Notes: generated by a model from the sequence alone, not told the origin. DNA of 64,000 nucleotides from Octopus sinensis (GCF_006345805.1 NC_043001.1:117056001-117120000), one strand, 5' to 3'. Shown: positions 1 through 13,680, numbered from the stretch's first letter. Numbers and translations are program-made.

Positions 1-12
1 CAGACAGACAGT

Positions 13-89
<77 letters not shown>

Positions 90-155
90 GGATAGATAGA
101 TAGATGGATGGATGGACGGACGGATAGATAGATAGATACATAGATAGATAGATAG
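1..155 (+). repeat. (GATA)n/(GATG)n microsatellite
   Basis: Directly visible tandem GATA run with GACA/GATG/GACG variants. Confidence 0.95.
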
Positions 156-524
156 GCAACTAGATAAATAAATGAATAAATAATAAAAAGAACCCTAAAA
201 TAGAATTTTCCTCTTACATTTTAAAAATATTCTTGGAAATCAACATCCTTTGATTTTTTTCAAACTAATGTACTAATTTACATAATTAGTACATTGAATA
301 ATTTTTCTAATAATAATTTTTTGCAATGTTTATTGCACAGTGTTTTGAAGTAAACAATATAATTTTTACTGTCTTCTGTTAATAAGAGTAAATTTCAGAA
401 AATGTCACACAGCCTATGATCTTCTCCTTGAAAAGATACACACCAAACCAGTATGCCAGCTACCTATGTGCAGAATTGCAGCCATCGCCTTGGAATATAC
501 ATGCAAACATTCATCCACTTTATA

Positions 525-2230
525 TCATCATCATTTAATATTCATTTTCCAAGCTGGCATGGGTTGGATGGTTTCACAAGAGACTTAATGCCAAGGGCTG
601 CACCAGACTCCATTGTCTTTTCTGGCATGGTTTCTACAGCTGAATGCCCTTCCTAGTGCCAACCACTTTGCAAAATACGGGATGCTTTTTATGTGGCACC
701 AGCATCAAAGCTTTTTGCATGGCACCAACACCAGTGCTTTTTACATGGCATCAGCACTGGTATCCACTGTGGTGGATGGGTCTCCTTGACTACAGCAAAG
801 TGCCAGATATCTCTACATCCATACACGTCACATGACCAAACCAGCGCAGTTTTCTCTCTTGCACACTGCATCTAATTCCTCTTATGCCTAACTTTTCTCT
901 CAATGAAACTAGTCCTCTGTCACTGCACATCCAGCGAAGCATACTAGCTTCATTCCTCTCTAGTCTTTGCATGTCTTCTGCATTTAGGGCCTATGTCTCA
1001 CTACCATGTAGTATTGATGTTCATACACATACATCATGCAATCTTCCTTTCATTCAGAGAGAGAGACTTTTGGTTGCCAACAGATGCAAAAACTCTGAAT
1101 TTTCTCCATCCTATTCTTATTCTAGCAATTACACTTTCTGTACATCCTCTCCTACTGCTAAATAGGTCTCTTAGGTAGCAGAAATTATCCACTACCCCTA
1201 ATGAGCCTCCAGGGTATTTGAAAAATCGATTTCCCATGTACCTGTAGTTTTTATGGCTCCTGTGCATCTTCCACATGCAAACACTACTGATTACCTCTCT
1301 TTTATTCCACTGCACCTCTTCTGTGGCCATAGCTTGCACTGAGCACACCATGTGGAATTCCTGCCTACACCTTTCCTATATATTGAGCAAGGCCATTTAC
1401 CTGACAGGTGAAAGGTCCTGTTCATTTTCCTGCTAACTAGAACCTTAGTCTTTTCTGGCGATATTCACCCTGGGTGGGTTGAGTCGGCTTCTACCACCCT
1501 CGAGGCATCTCAAACCATGGCAGCCCACGCACGACGGTCCTGCGCCAGTTCACTGGAGATAGCAAACCAGTCACTTCTTCCATAAGTTAATGTTAAGGCC
1601 TTTTGATTCCAGGTTTTGCTTCAACACCTGAAATTTCTTTTCTAGTTTGGTTACAGAATCTGCTATAAGAGCATATAGCAGTTCCCAGGGGTAGCCAGTC
1701 TTGAATTCCTGTTATGGCCTAGAGGATGATGATGAATAGGAGGGGACTGAGAACCAAACCCTGATGAATGCCCATCTGTACACTTAATTTATTACTATAT
1801 TCATGGGTGACTCTCATCTTACTGACAGAAGCTCTGTACATAGATTGTACAGCTTTCACAAACAACTTGTCTATCCCCAGCTTCATCAGAGCCCACCATA
1901 TTGCACAATGGGTTACTCTGTCAAAGGCTTTCTCCAAGTCAACAAATGCCAAGTACAATGGTTTGCCTGACTATAAAGATAGCATCAGTAGTGCTTCTCT
2001 CTGGCACAAAGCCAAACTGCTTTGCATCTAATTAGATTCTGTTCCTAATTAATTGGGCTTTTTCCATAACTTTCATCATCTGGTCCAGCAATTTGATGAT
2101 TCTATAATTACCTCTTTCTAAGACATCTCCCTTACTCTTGTACATCTGACTATAATACTGCTAAACCAGTCATTGGGGTTGACAGCTTCCAGAATAACCT
2201 TATTAACTATACGGGTAACTAGACCATGTC
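525..2230 (-). mobile_element. Decayed RTE-clade LINE (RT and C-terminal region) with (GAT)n tail; short insert of a second RTE 3' end at ~1455-1582
   Basis: Minus ORFs YLAFVDLEKAFDRV...GIHQGLVLSPLLFII and MLRWMC...KLRWFGHV are typical RTE RT/C-terminal motifs; broken by stops and frameshifts. Confidence 0.9.
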
Positions 2231-2908
2231 CTACTCCACTAGATATTTTATATTTTATATATTAAAATCCTTTGAATATAGATCACCAATTTTAGAATGT
2301 AAGGATGTTGAGGAAATTAGGAATATTCTAGTGATCAATTTTTTCAGAACAAAGCAAAATATCTGTGAAGAAATTAAACTAGTTTTATACCACGAGGAAA
2401 ATTACCAAACCACTTGAAAGAAGACAAATGAGAAGATATCTTCATCAATAACTGTTTTAATTACTAATCAATACATATTAATCTCTGGTCCACAGACGTG
2501 TGGTTCTTCTCACTCTGCTTTTCTCTAGTAATTACAGTGGCTTCAATTCCTCAGAATTAGTTATCTTGTACCACTGCCACTTTGGTACTTCAGATTTACT
2601 TGCCTCTCTCCTCCTTATCCAAAGAACCATACTAACCCCTCCTGCCAGCACTTCCTTTTCAGAATGCAGTCTTCTGGAGTTCTCTCTCTCCCCCTGTCCA
2701 TGTTTTTCACGTAGCTATCAACTTGAAATTTCATGAGCTTCTAACAGCATTTGATAGCCATTAGCAAATCTTCTTTCTCAAGACAAACCCATTAAAAAAT
2801 CATAATCAGCATTTATATGAATTAGCATTCAAATCATACACAACCATTCCTCTTCAAGCTACCACATATTTCCTGCATTCACCATGGAGGTAATGAACTT
2901 GAACCTAC

Positions 2909-3059
2909 CGAATACCATTGTCAACATGCCTCACCCAGCCACTGTTTCCCAACAGTAATGTAACCTGAGGTCTTCGGTAGTCATTATTTGAAATGACCTC
3001 TTTCCTTGCCAGTCTTTTACATTGCAGACAATTTGAAATGGTTTCCCATAGTTCTGAAC
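2909..3059 (-). CDS. TRMT12: TRMT12/TYW2 coding exon 3 (GSELWETISNCLQCKRLARKEVISNNDYRRPQVTLLLGNSGWVRHVDNGIR)
   Basis: tttcag acceptor, gtaggt donor, 151 nt, phase 1 to 2. The translation matches the recalled vertebrate TRMT12 segment GPELWETVA...TPAVTLLLGDHGWVEHVDNGIR. Confidence 0.93.
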
Positions 3060-3339
3060 CTGAAATATCAATATATAGTTTAGTTAATTCATTTACAATT
3101 AGAAGTGATGATAAAATTGGTATGATACAAGGCTAGAAATACACAAGCTAAGAATTCAAATTCTGTTGTACAACATTGCATTGTTCCACTAAAATTTTTA
3201 TTCATTGTAAAAAGACCAAATTCATATTCTCTGCTCTTAAATTAAGCATTATAAGTAGGGTTTGGCTCCACAGTTGAGAGACTTGCTCTGCAAGATAAAG
3301 AAACTAGACAATAAACTGAATAAAATCAAATTATCTTAC

Positions 3340-3707
3340 CAAACTGAGCCCAAATTTCATGTTTGAAAGAATTCTTTGGCAGCATAACTAGATCTTCATG
3401 CCACTCCCATTTTTTGGCAATATCAAGTTCTAATTCTTTGTTGAGAATATAACCATGATCTGTCAAAAGTTTTTCCAATCCTTGAATAAGCAACTGATAA
3501 GGTGAGCGTAGTAATGAACGTTTTGATGGCATCATTTTGACCATTTTTAATTCAAAGTCACAGCCATCTCCAAGGCTGAAATAATCTGAGAGTGTCTTGT
3601 GCAGAAGTTCTTGGTCGACAGAAAGAAGTGGAATAGCAACTCGATCCGACTCTAGATGCTTCAAGCGAAATTTGGCATCAATCAGACATTTGTTCTCCAA
3701 AAACTGC
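3340..3707 (-). CDS. TRMT12: TRMT12/TYW2 coding exon 2 (QFLENKCLIDAKFRLKH...DIAKKWEWHEDLVMLPKNSFKHEIWAQF)
   Basis: tttcag acceptor, gtaag donor, 368 nt, phase 2 to 1, in frame with exon 3. Motifs VAIP, PSK and DIAKKWEWHEDLVML resemble TRMT12 VALP, PSK and DLPRSWQRHGNLLLL. Confidence 0.92.
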
Positions 3708-4789
3708 CTGAAATTATGGAGAGAAAAAAATTAAGTTAATGAATTTAAAAAAAAATATTTATATTAACACAGAATTATTACACGAAAGAGGAAAGTAATG
3801 GTGCATTTTCAATTTAAATGAAACCAGAACACACTTGGTATTTATTTTAATAATACCAAGGGGCCAACTGTGACAATGTATAGGTAAAAAATTCCAGATG
3901 CAATATAAAACATTATTATCTATTCTATATCACATTAATTTATAAATAAAAAAACAAGTCATGATCAACTTGCTTGAAATAGCTACCATATCTTCCTCAG
4001 ATCACACCCTATTCATTATCATAATAATCATCACCATTTATAACTGGAATTTATAACTGGGATGGTTATACTTATTAGATGAATACTTCTAAAGCACAAT
4101 TTTCTAATTTTGTGAGGTTGAATCAGTATTAAGGTATTTGTTATACTATTTCAGGAAATTGTTCCTTTGCCTAATAAATTGCAACTGTTTCCTTTCCTGT
4201 AAATGGGACACACAGTAACAGCTTTGAAGATAAATAAAATTACAAGCAGTAACGAAAATATAGTTAATTAAATTTCAAGTTTTGATTATACAACGAGAGT
4301 CCCACCCATGTCAACATGGAAGGTGGACGTCAAACAATGATGATAATATGGAAAATATTTCGTGAAGCAAAAGGTGCAAATGTAGGGGGAATAACTCCAA
4401 CATTACTTAAGTCGGAGTTATGACTCCTTCGCTAGAAAATGTTGAGCTTTTATGGTGTGATTTGACGGGTGAAATAGACCAGTTCACAAAAAGAAATTTG
4501 TGTGACTCTTGATATCCAAGAAGATTGTAGAGAGAATAAATTTGAGTGTCTGTTTCTGTGGCCGAGGAAGTATGTAGATGATAAGTCTACTAAACTCTTT
4601 TTTTCGCTATTTTATTGAAAATATCCACTTGAAGACATCATTTTATAATATGAAACTCAACAGAAAAATAAATTTCACATTATGGTAAGTTTCTCAGGAA
4701 TGCATCCCTTCTGAAATGTGGAGGGTTTACATGGCACAAGGCCACCTCCTCCAATGCCACTCCACAAAGGATCTTTGTCTTGCGAGTAA

Positions 4790-5080
4790 TTTGGTGACCC
4801 CACCAATGCTGATGTGACATAAAAAGCATGCATCCAGTCCACACAGGCGATTGGAAGGGCATTTAGCTGTAAAAACAGTACCAAACAGACCTCACCAGTG
4901 CTGGTGCCACGTAAAATGCACTGATCTTTATGTAAGGTGGTTGGTATTAGGAAGGGCATCCAACAAATAAAAATAAAAACCATCCCAAAACAGTGTAGAC
5001 TGGTGCAGTCTTCTAGCTTGCCAGCTCCTGTTAAACTGAACAACCCATACCAGCATGGAAAACGGACGTTACATGATGAT
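4790..5080 (+). mobile_element. SINE-like repeat with GGAAGGGCATCC core and RTE-type (GAT)n tail
   Basis: Core and tail 'cagcatggaaaacggacgttacatgatgatga' recur many times in the window. Resemblance to the Meta/MESC SINE domain is recalled, not verified. Confidence 0.7.
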
Positions 5081-5247
5081 GAAGCAGAGCACACAGAGCT
5101 GAGTGCTTGCACAACAACTGATAGATTCCTCAGAGCACTTCTGTACTTCTTTTTAATGGTTCTGAGGAAGCTATAAAATGCTGCACAAACACTTGGCTCT
5201 GAGTACACTGCTTCTTCTAGCAGAAACAGATATACCCTAATGAAGTT

Positions 5248-5444
5248 ACTCTTTTACTCTTTTATTTGTTTCAGTCATTTGACTGCGGCCATGCTGGAGC
5301 ACCGCCTTTTTAATCGAGAAACTCGACCCCAGGACTTATTCTTTTGTAAGCCCAGTACTTATTCTATTGGTCTCTTTTGCCGAACCGCTAATACACCAGC
5401 ATCGGTTGTCAAGTAATGATAGGGGGACAAACACAGACATACAA

Positions 5445-5483
<39 letters not shown>

Positions 5484-5649
5484 CATATATACGACAGGCT
5501 TCTTTCAGTTTCCGTCAACCAAATCCACTCACAAGGCATTGGTCGGCCCGGGGCTATAGCAGAGGACACTTGCCCAAGATGCCACGCAGTGGGACTGAAC
5601 CCGGAACCATGGGGTTGGTTAGCAAGCTACTTACCACACAGCCACTCCT
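5248..5649 (-). mobile_element. tRNA-derived SINE family A (CORE-like domain, internal TA/TG microsatellite)
   Basis: Reverse complement of the copy at 6599-7004; pol III A/B-box-like head and CTTGGGCAAG core. Confidence 0.9.
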
Positions 5650-6598
5650 ATGTATTTTGTATAATACGCTGTACTTGCCTAAGGCTTTATTGTAAAGCAT
5701 GTGTATCTTCAGTTCTAACACCAGGTTATTAGTATTGCTATGCCTACGGGAAATCATAATATGTATGTGTATATGTGTGTATACATTCTATATACACATA
5801 AATATCATATATGCATCTTTCTATCTATCTATCTATCTATCTATATGTGTGTGTTGGGGATGGGTGGGGCTGTATGGTCAAGAAGCTCCCTTTACAATCA
5901 CATGGTTTCGGGTCCAGTACAATGTGCAGCACGTTGGACAAATAACTTCTATTACAGCCCTGGACAGACCAATACTTTGTGAGTGAATTTGGTAGACAGA
6001 AACAGTGTGAAAGACTTACATATCTTTCTCTCCTCTTTGTGCGTGTGTGTGTGTGTGTGTGTGTGTGGTGTTTATCTTTGTGTTTCTGTTTGTCCCCTCT
6101 CCTATCATCTGACAACCAGTGTTAGTTACTTTATGAGCCTGTAACTTAGCAGTTCAGAAAAGAAACTAATAGAATAAGTATGAGGGAGAATTGACTGCTA
6201 TCTCTAGCAGCTGACTGTTGGATTGTAAAGTTTTATTGTATTTGAGTATTGTGAATGAATCTTGGAATCTGTTATTCCATTGATAGGCTTTTATATGCTG
6301 AGGCTTTTATGCATTAATTATACATTAATTATACATTAATCAATAATCACATTGCTTCTTTCCAGGTAAACTGACATCTCACTGCTCAAAGAAGACTTCA
6401 AGAAAGACTTTAAAAAATAAGTCCTGGGATCAATATGTTTGACTAAATCCTTTAAGGTTCTGACCGAACATGGTCACATTTCAATGACTGAAACAAGTAC
6501 TAAATACAGTCCTCTATGTCAATAGAGGTCTGTATTTTAATACTGAAGTCTACTTTTTTGCTACACATGTGATTTGTCAGTGTATATATACATATATA

Positions 6599-7004
6599 GG
6601 CGCAGGAGTGGCTGTGTGGTAAGTAGCTTGCTAATCAACCACATGGTTCCGGGTTCAGTCCCACTGCGTGGCATCTTGGGCAAATGGCTTCTGCTATAGC
6701 CCCGGGCTGACCAATGCCTTGTGAGTGGATTTGGTAGAACGAAAACGGAAAGAAGCCTGTCGTATATATGTATATATATATATGTGTATGTATGTGTGTT
6801 TGTGTGTCTGTGTTTGTCCCCCTAGCTTGACAACCGATGCCGATGTGTTTACGTCCCCGTCACTTAGCGGTTCGGCAAAAGAGACCGATAGAATAAGTAT
6901 TGGACTTACAAAGAATAAGTCCCGGGGTCAATTTGCTCGACTAAAGGTGGTGCTCCAGCATGGCCGCAGTCAAATGACTGAAACAAGTAAAAGAGTAAAA
7001 GAGT
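6599..7004 (+). mobile_element. tRNA-derived SINE family A, full length
   Basis: Head ggcgcaggagtggctgtgtggtaag...gggttcagtccc and tail ...gactgaaacaagtaaaagagtaaaagagta. Further copies at ~22246-22641, 48972-49340, 58560-59408 and elsewhere. Confidence 0.9.
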
Positions 7005-7671
7005 ATATATATAGAAATACATAAAATTTGGAATACAAAAAATGTACATTTGTTTTTGTATGATTCCTTATTTGAATACTTCCCTAACCCCCCCCCCCCC
7101 TCTAATACACTTAGCTCTCCACAAAATCATTACATCTTTGAACTTCTTTCCTTCAACACCTTAAATGTAAGATTTCTTCCCTGATGATGGAGGATTGCCT
7201 AATCCTACGATGGAATCAATCTACAAACATTATTTTGGACTACTGAGCCCCCAAATTATTGGATTTGTAATACACTTCTTCAACCTCTTTAGTTCTCTAT
7301 ATCATTTGTATTCTGGGTAAGTTGACCCATTTTGGACATTAACGTATATACATTTTTTTATATTCTATGTTTTTAATAAACCTCATATATTGATCTGCCT
7401 AACTTGCTTCTCCCTACATTTACTTCTATACCCGCACAAGTTTAAATCTCTTGAGCACTACAAAAAGTGTATTCTACATGGAGAATATCTGATTCTTATC
7501 TATGAACTATATATATATATATATATATATATATCATCATCATCGTTTAGCGTCCATTCTCCATGCTAGCATGGGTTGGATGGATATATTATATATGCAT
7601 ACATATATATGTGTATGTAAATATATATATATATATGTATACATGTATATGTGTGTGTGTGTATATATATG

Positions 7672-7702
<31 letters not shown>

Positions 7703-7822
7703 ATATATATATATATGTGTGTGTGTGTGTGGTGTGTGTGTGTGTGTGTGTATACATATATACATAAACATATATGCATTATTTAAATTTGATGGATATC
7801 TGTCCTCATCTTGTTTGTTGTT

Positions 7823-7868
7823 AACACAACATTTCGACTGATATACCATCCAGCCTTCATCAGGTGTC
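7823..7868 (-). ncRNA. Minimal type I hammerhead ribozyme motif (Penelope-like terminal repeat)
   Basis: Minus strand reads gacac-CUGAUGA-a-ggcug...cagUC-GAAA-UGU-U-guguu: stem I 5 bp, stem II about 5-6 bp, stem III AUGU (probably ACGU after CpG decay). Confidence 0.7.
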
Positions 7869-8115
7869 TTGGGGAAATTTCAAACCTGAGTTCTCAGTAA
7901 CACCGTTTACAAACTCTATGCGTGGAATGGCCAATTTTAAATACTATTGGAACTTACAAGGTACAAGAATCTGATATGTATACCATTCTGCCTAAATAAT
8001 GGCACTGAACAGATACAATATCCCTACATATCTCACATCTATTTTCATTCCTCCACTTCACTCTCTATTCCATATCTTATGTAGAATGACTATTGCTTAA
8101 CCATTTTCTCACGCC

Positions 8116-8164
8116 GTCTCCAATGAAGGGATATATAAAAATATCCTCGAAACAGCTGTAAGGC
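8116..8164 (+). ncRNA. Degenerate type I hammerhead motif
   Basis: gucu-CCAAUGA-a-gggauau...auauccuc-GAAA-CAGCUGU-A-aggc. Palindromic stem III ACAGCUGU; the core differs from CUGAUGA at 2 positions. Confidence 0.55.
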
Positions 8165-8356
8165 CTTCTCTTTATAAATGTTCTGAAATCTTTCACAATC
8201 TTGGATTTTTATCTCATTCTGTTAGTTATTTTGTATACATATATATATATATATATAAATTTAAAATAAGGGTGAGAAATTAGATATTAACTTAATTAAC
8301 ATCGATTTCACAGCAGTGGTCCAGCATAAAAAAACTGAAGGTTCAGTAAAACTGTA

Positions 8357-8586
8357 TTATATATATGTTAGAGGGAAACCACCATGTGGACACCCATATG
8401 CTAGAAATAGATCCGCTACGGTCTCACCACCAAGAAATGTTCTCAAGAAAAATTTAGCAAAACAGATTACATTTTTGTTGTTTTGCTAATTTTTCTTGAG
8501 AACATTTCTTGGTGGTGAGACCGTAGCGGATCTATTTCTAGCATGTGGGTGTCCACATGGTGGTTTCCCTCTAACATATATATATA
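8357..8586. repeat. Near-perfect fold-back palindrome, ~105-bp arms, ~14-nt loop
   Basis: gttagagggaaaccaccatgtgg...ttagcaaaaca versus tgttttgctaa...ccacatggtggtttccctctaac; about 2 differences between arms. Confidence 0.95.
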
Positions 8587-8630
8587 TATATACACATGTA
8601 TGTATAAATATATATATATATATATATATA

Positions 8631-10025
8631 AATCCTTAAATCCTTAAAAATGTTTTAGCCCGAAGGCCGCGGCCATGCTGGGGCACCACCGCTGAATGAG
8701 CCACACTAGTTTGTGAATCCACCTCTGATACGTGGCACTTGATCAACAAGGGAGTTCGATGCTGCTGCCCGCTTCCGCGTCTCCTGTCGTGAGGTAGGTT
8801 CATCTGGGACTTCCAACAAGAAGAGATCCAGTTTAGTTTTAAAGAAACCCACATCCACACCATGTAAGTCTCTCAGGCATTTAGGGAGGATGTTGAAAAG
8901 CTGTGGTCCTCTGAAACCCAAGCTGTTGCAGTATCTGGACCTGTATTTTGATGGTGATGTTGGAATCCTTGGCACCACGCAGCGGCGCCCCGTTCTGCGG
9001 TTGGAGTAACTTTGAATGCCAAAGTTTGGGATAAGACCCTCCAGGATTTTCCAGATGTATATACTGCATATCTCTCCGCCTCCGCTCCAGGGAGAAGAGG
9101 TTTAATACCTTCAGTCTTTCCCAGTAGCTGACATTTTGCATTGAGACGATTTTCTTTGTGTAGCTTCTCTGAGTTGCTTCGAGTTCTGCTGTTTGTTTTA
9201 TATTGTGTGGTGACCAAAGTTGGGAGCAGTAGTCCAAGCGGCTGAGGACAAATGTTTTCCATAGGACCATCAGTGTCTCCTTCTCTCTTGTTCTGAAAGT
9301 TCGGAGAATCCATCCAGCTAGCCGTCTGCATTTTATCACCAGATTAGCAATATGCATTTGGAAAGATGCATCATTGCTCATGTCAATGCCCAGGTCACGC
9401 ACTGATTTTGACTCAGGGATTGCAATTCTTCCTGGGCCAGTGTATCCAGTCTTCACGTCATTTACCTTTGTGTGCCAGTAGCGCAGGGCCTGGAACTTAC
9501 CTGCATTAAACTGCATGTTGTTGTCCTCAGCCCACCTGTATATTGTGTCCAGCTCATGTTGCAGATGCGCAATATTTTCAGGGTTCTGTATTGCGTGGGA
9601 GACCTTTGTGTCATCTGCATAGCTAGCAAGGGTGGTCATCGTAGCAACTGAAGGCATGTCTGAAAGGGCCACTATGAACATCAGTGGCCCCAAGACAGTG
9701 CCCTGTGGGACACCGCTTGTTATTTGCGTTTCCCTGGAGGTGGCTCCATTGCTCACAACTGCCTGTTTTCTGTCTTTTAGGAAGTTGTGCAGCCACTCTC
9801 CAAGTTTCCCGCCTATGCCGAGACCACGCAGTTTATGACAGATCATACCATGGTCGACTTTATCAAAGGCTTTTGCAAAGTCAAGATATATTACATCCAC
9901 ATTTGAGCCATTTAGTAGCTGTTTCAACACCCAGTCATAGTGCTGCAGGAGCTGTGTTAGGCAGCCTCTACCTGGTCGAAATCCATGCTGGGTGTCAGAC
10001 AGTAAGTCATTTTCTTCAAGGAACA
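8631..10025 (-). mobile_element. Young 5'-truncated CR1-group LINE with an open reverse transcriptase frame
   Basis: ORF with [36 protein letters not shown] and [11 protein letters not shown]; one frameshift near the C-terminus; tail (ggatttaa)n. Confidence 0.93.
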
Positions 10026-10027
10026 TG

Positions 10028-10086
10028 ATATATATATATATACACACATGTATGTATAAATATATATATATACACATGTATGTATG

Positions 10087-10119
<33 letters not shown>

Positions 10120-10124
10120 GTATG

Positions 10125-10163
<39 letters not shown>

Positions 10164-10168
10164 GTATG

Positions 10169-10218
<50 letters not shown>

Positions 10219-10378
10219 TGTATGTATGTATTATATATATATATATACACACACATGTATGTATGTATGTATAATATATATATACACACACATGTATGTA
10301 TGTATGTAATATATATATAATACACACACATGTATGTATGTATGTATATATATATATATACACACACATGTATGTATG

Positions 10379-10410
<32 letters not shown>

Positions 10411-10473
10411 TGTATGTATGTATATATATATATACACACAATGTATGTATATATATATATACACACATGTATG

Positions 10474-10520
<47 letters not shown>
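10028..10520. repeat. Compound minisatellite (TA)n-CACACATGTATGTATG
   Basis: Higher-order unit repeated more than a dozen times; source of many spurious YI/CV ORFs. Confidence 0.9.
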
Positions 10521-11086
10521 ATATGTATACACATACACACAAATGTATATATAACATCATTGCTTTAACATTCCCATGTCCATGCTTGCATGAATCATGC
10601 AATACAAGCATGGAAGACTTACATCCAAAACTCAAGAGTCTCTCAGTAGCAGCTGACAAATAGTAGTTGTAAATATGAATTATATCTGATGCTGACAGGA
10701 AACTCCAAATCCTGGACAGAAGTGTTCCATGCTTCTATTATATAAATACATACATGTTTATGTGTGTGTGTGTGCTTAAATATTAATGTCTTTTCTTACT
10801 TTAACAAATATCTTTTATACACAAAATACATACATGATTAGAACTGAGATAAAAGTAAAATGTCAGTAGTGTGAGAAACACCTCATCTTTTGACTCAGAC
10901 ACACATATACATCATCTATTGTTTGACTGCCTTCTACTTCAATACCATTTCATTATTGTAACAATGGACTAACTCCCAAGCTAATTATCATTTGTGGATC
11001 GTCTGATCTAGTTATCTGTCAACATTGTCAATAGTATTTCAATACTATATTTCACATAGCTAGTGATCTGTTCAATATAAGATATG

Positions 11087-11472
11087 GGAAGCACTCCGTC
11101 GGTTACGACGATGAGGGTTCCGGTTGATCCGAATCAACGGAACAGCCTGCTCGTGAAATTAACGTGTAAGTAGCTGAGCACTCCACAGACACGTGTACCC
11201 TTAACGTAGTTCTCGGGGATATTCAGCGTGACACAGAGAGTGACAAGGCCGGCCCCTTGAAATACAGGTACAACAGAAACAGGAAGTAAGACTGAGAGAA
11301 AGTTGTGGTGAAAGAGTACAACAGGGATCACCACCATCCCCTGCCGGAACCTCGTAGAGCTTTTAGGTGTTTTTCGCTCAATAAACACTCATAACACCCG
11401 GTCTGGGAATCGAAACCGCGATCCTATGACCGCGAGTCCGCTGCCCTAACCACTGGGCCATTGCGCCTCCAC
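11087..11472 (-). mobile_element. tRNA-derived SINE family B, full length, with 14-bp TSD
   Basis: tRNA-like head ggaggcgcaatggcccagtggttagggcagcggactc...gtttcgattccc; TSD CAATATAAGATATG at 11073-11086 and 11473-11486. Confidence 0.93.
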
Positions 11473-13680
11473 CAATATAAGATATGCTCATTCAGTGATT
11501 TGTCAACACAGTCTGCAGTAATTCACTACTGCCTGTATATACTGAGCCAGTCAACGTTCCAACTAAATTATATACTCATACTGGTGGATGTCAACATATG
11601 ACACAATCAGTAGAGAACCAAACAAAATACCTTGTAGTGTTCATTTACATCTCTTTATTTTAGCCTTCATTTTTCCACAGTCAATGAAATAAGTATCTGC
11701 CAAATATTAAGGAGTCAATTTGTCTGGCTACAGACCTTAACCCTTTAGCATTCAGGTTGCTCTGTCAAATGTAATGCTTATTTATTCACATTGTTTTGAA
11801 TTTATCATCCATTACTTTGTAGCTTTAAGATTTCAATGATGTGAATATTTACTTTTAGAATGATGTTGCAGGGCAGGTGTGAAAGCCCTGATCCAGTCAG
11901 TTTGAACATAAAACAGGTAGAATATCTGGGCCTGATATGGCTTGTTTGAGTATTAAAAGGTTAAACTTTGTGGTGGCCTTACATATTATATAAGAAATTG
12001 CTATTAGTGTGCTTAACACAAAGTAAAAAGTAGAATGGTAGAAACCCTAATGTCACAGACTAAATGTATTCTAGTATTTAGTTGTGACCCTTTAGTTTCA
12101 AAACCCACCAAGAAACTCTGATGGCCTTTCATGCTTTCAGCATTGATAAAAGAAAAAGCACCAAGTATATACTGTAAGGGTCACATACAAATAACCATAT
12201 CTCTTCCCAACAAATTTGGGATTCTTGTTGTTGTTTAATCTCAGGTCAGTTCTGATTGTACAGACTTATGATCAAAAGTATTCCAACTGTGACCATCCCA
12301 TATTTTTATGTACCAAGAAGCTGAATTTTCCTATGTGCCTTGTTTTCTTTTGAGATAGTAATGTGTGATTTCAGGAAGAACTGATTACAGGCTTAAGTTT
12401 TTTTTTGTTGTCAAGTATTGTGAATGAGTCTTGGAATCTGTTATTCCATTAATTCCATTGACAGGTTCCTCTAAGGCTTTTATACATGATACATTTCTCT
12501 TTCACTTCTATTTTCCATACAAACAGACTCTCTTTGTATTAACCAATGTGGCATTCCCTTTTTTTTTTTTTGTTCACCAAATATGGTGCAGTATGATTTG
12601 AGGGAGATTTGGCTGCTAAAATACATATTATTTGTGACAATGATTTTCAAATTGCTCTAACAGTATAAAACAGAAGTGAAATGGCTTCCCAGGACTCAAA
12701 ATTAACTCTTAGAATGGCTTACTAGTTGAACAGCGATGACCTTATTATAATGAAATAATGACTTTAGTTTAAGGTGGTGAATTGGTTTAAGTATTAGAAT
12801 AACTGCTTTGTGGGTATATGTTCTGATTGTGTGATCTGAGTTCAGATCCCACCAACTTTGCTTTTCACCCTTTCAGGATTGATAAATGAAATACCAGCGC
12901 AGGCCAGTAGATTAGTGTAACTGTTAGACTATCACCAAGGTGTCTTGTGGTATCTATTCCAGTTTTGTACATTCTGAGTTCAAACACCTGCCTAAACCAT
13001 CATTACAGAGAGGTCACCTCTTGTGGTTGTACTAATAAAACCAAAAGAAGGTAACTGAACTCAAAAGAAATAGTGTCCTAATTAAGTAGGAACGAACTAA
13101 GGACACAAACTGATGATGATGCTGGTGGATTTATCTGCAATTAAAGTGAAGTCTATTTGCCAATGTGCTGCAGCATAGCACATGTGAAAGAAAATTAAAT
13201 TATGAATTTAAAGCAGCTCTAGCAATGTAAACATTATTGGTCCTACATACATAGTCTATGTGTTTTGTTTATGTGCCAAATTTGTTGCAGATATAGCGTC
13301 TGGGGAAATCTCCTCAAATGACACTGAGCCTTAAAGAACATCTGTTGACAGATCACAGCCTCTAGTAAAATGGCAAAATTATATATTTATACATAGGGCA
13401 GATGGTCTAGTGGTTAGGATGTTGTACTCACAATCGCGATCACATAGTTTCAGTTCCTAGACCAGATGGTGTGTTGTGTTCTTGAGCAAAACACATCATC
13501 CCACATTGCTCTGCGATCAGTGTGACACCTGACGCATGACACACAGTGCACCTGTTCAGACAACATCAATTTGATGGAGGAAGTGAGCTAATGTGTGGGA
13601 TGAACATTCGATGACTATAAACAAATCATTGGTGCAGGTCATTCAGCAAGCTGAACATTCAAGTGTTGCCTTCAACAGGA

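Noticed and set aside
7170-7240. CUGAUGA followed by a hairpin
   Set aside because: No GAAA or cleavage-site strand retained; too decayed to call.
9957-10663. Long YI/CV/HT-rich ORFs (also ~38350-39500, 42060-43070, 45126-46067)
   Set aside because: Translations of stop-free microsatellites.
10623-10735. Minus-strand exon-like segment with gtaag donor
   Set aside because: Phase does not fit exon 2 and the peptide is unrecognisable.
11134-11388. Recurrent ORF MVVIPAVLFHHNFLSLLLP... (also 35326, 44387, 62199, 63360)
   Set aside because: Incidental reading frame inside SINE family B.
11395-11472. tRNA genes at SINE heads
   Set aside because: tRNA-derived SINE promoters attached to SINE bodies with TSDs; no complete acceptor stem.
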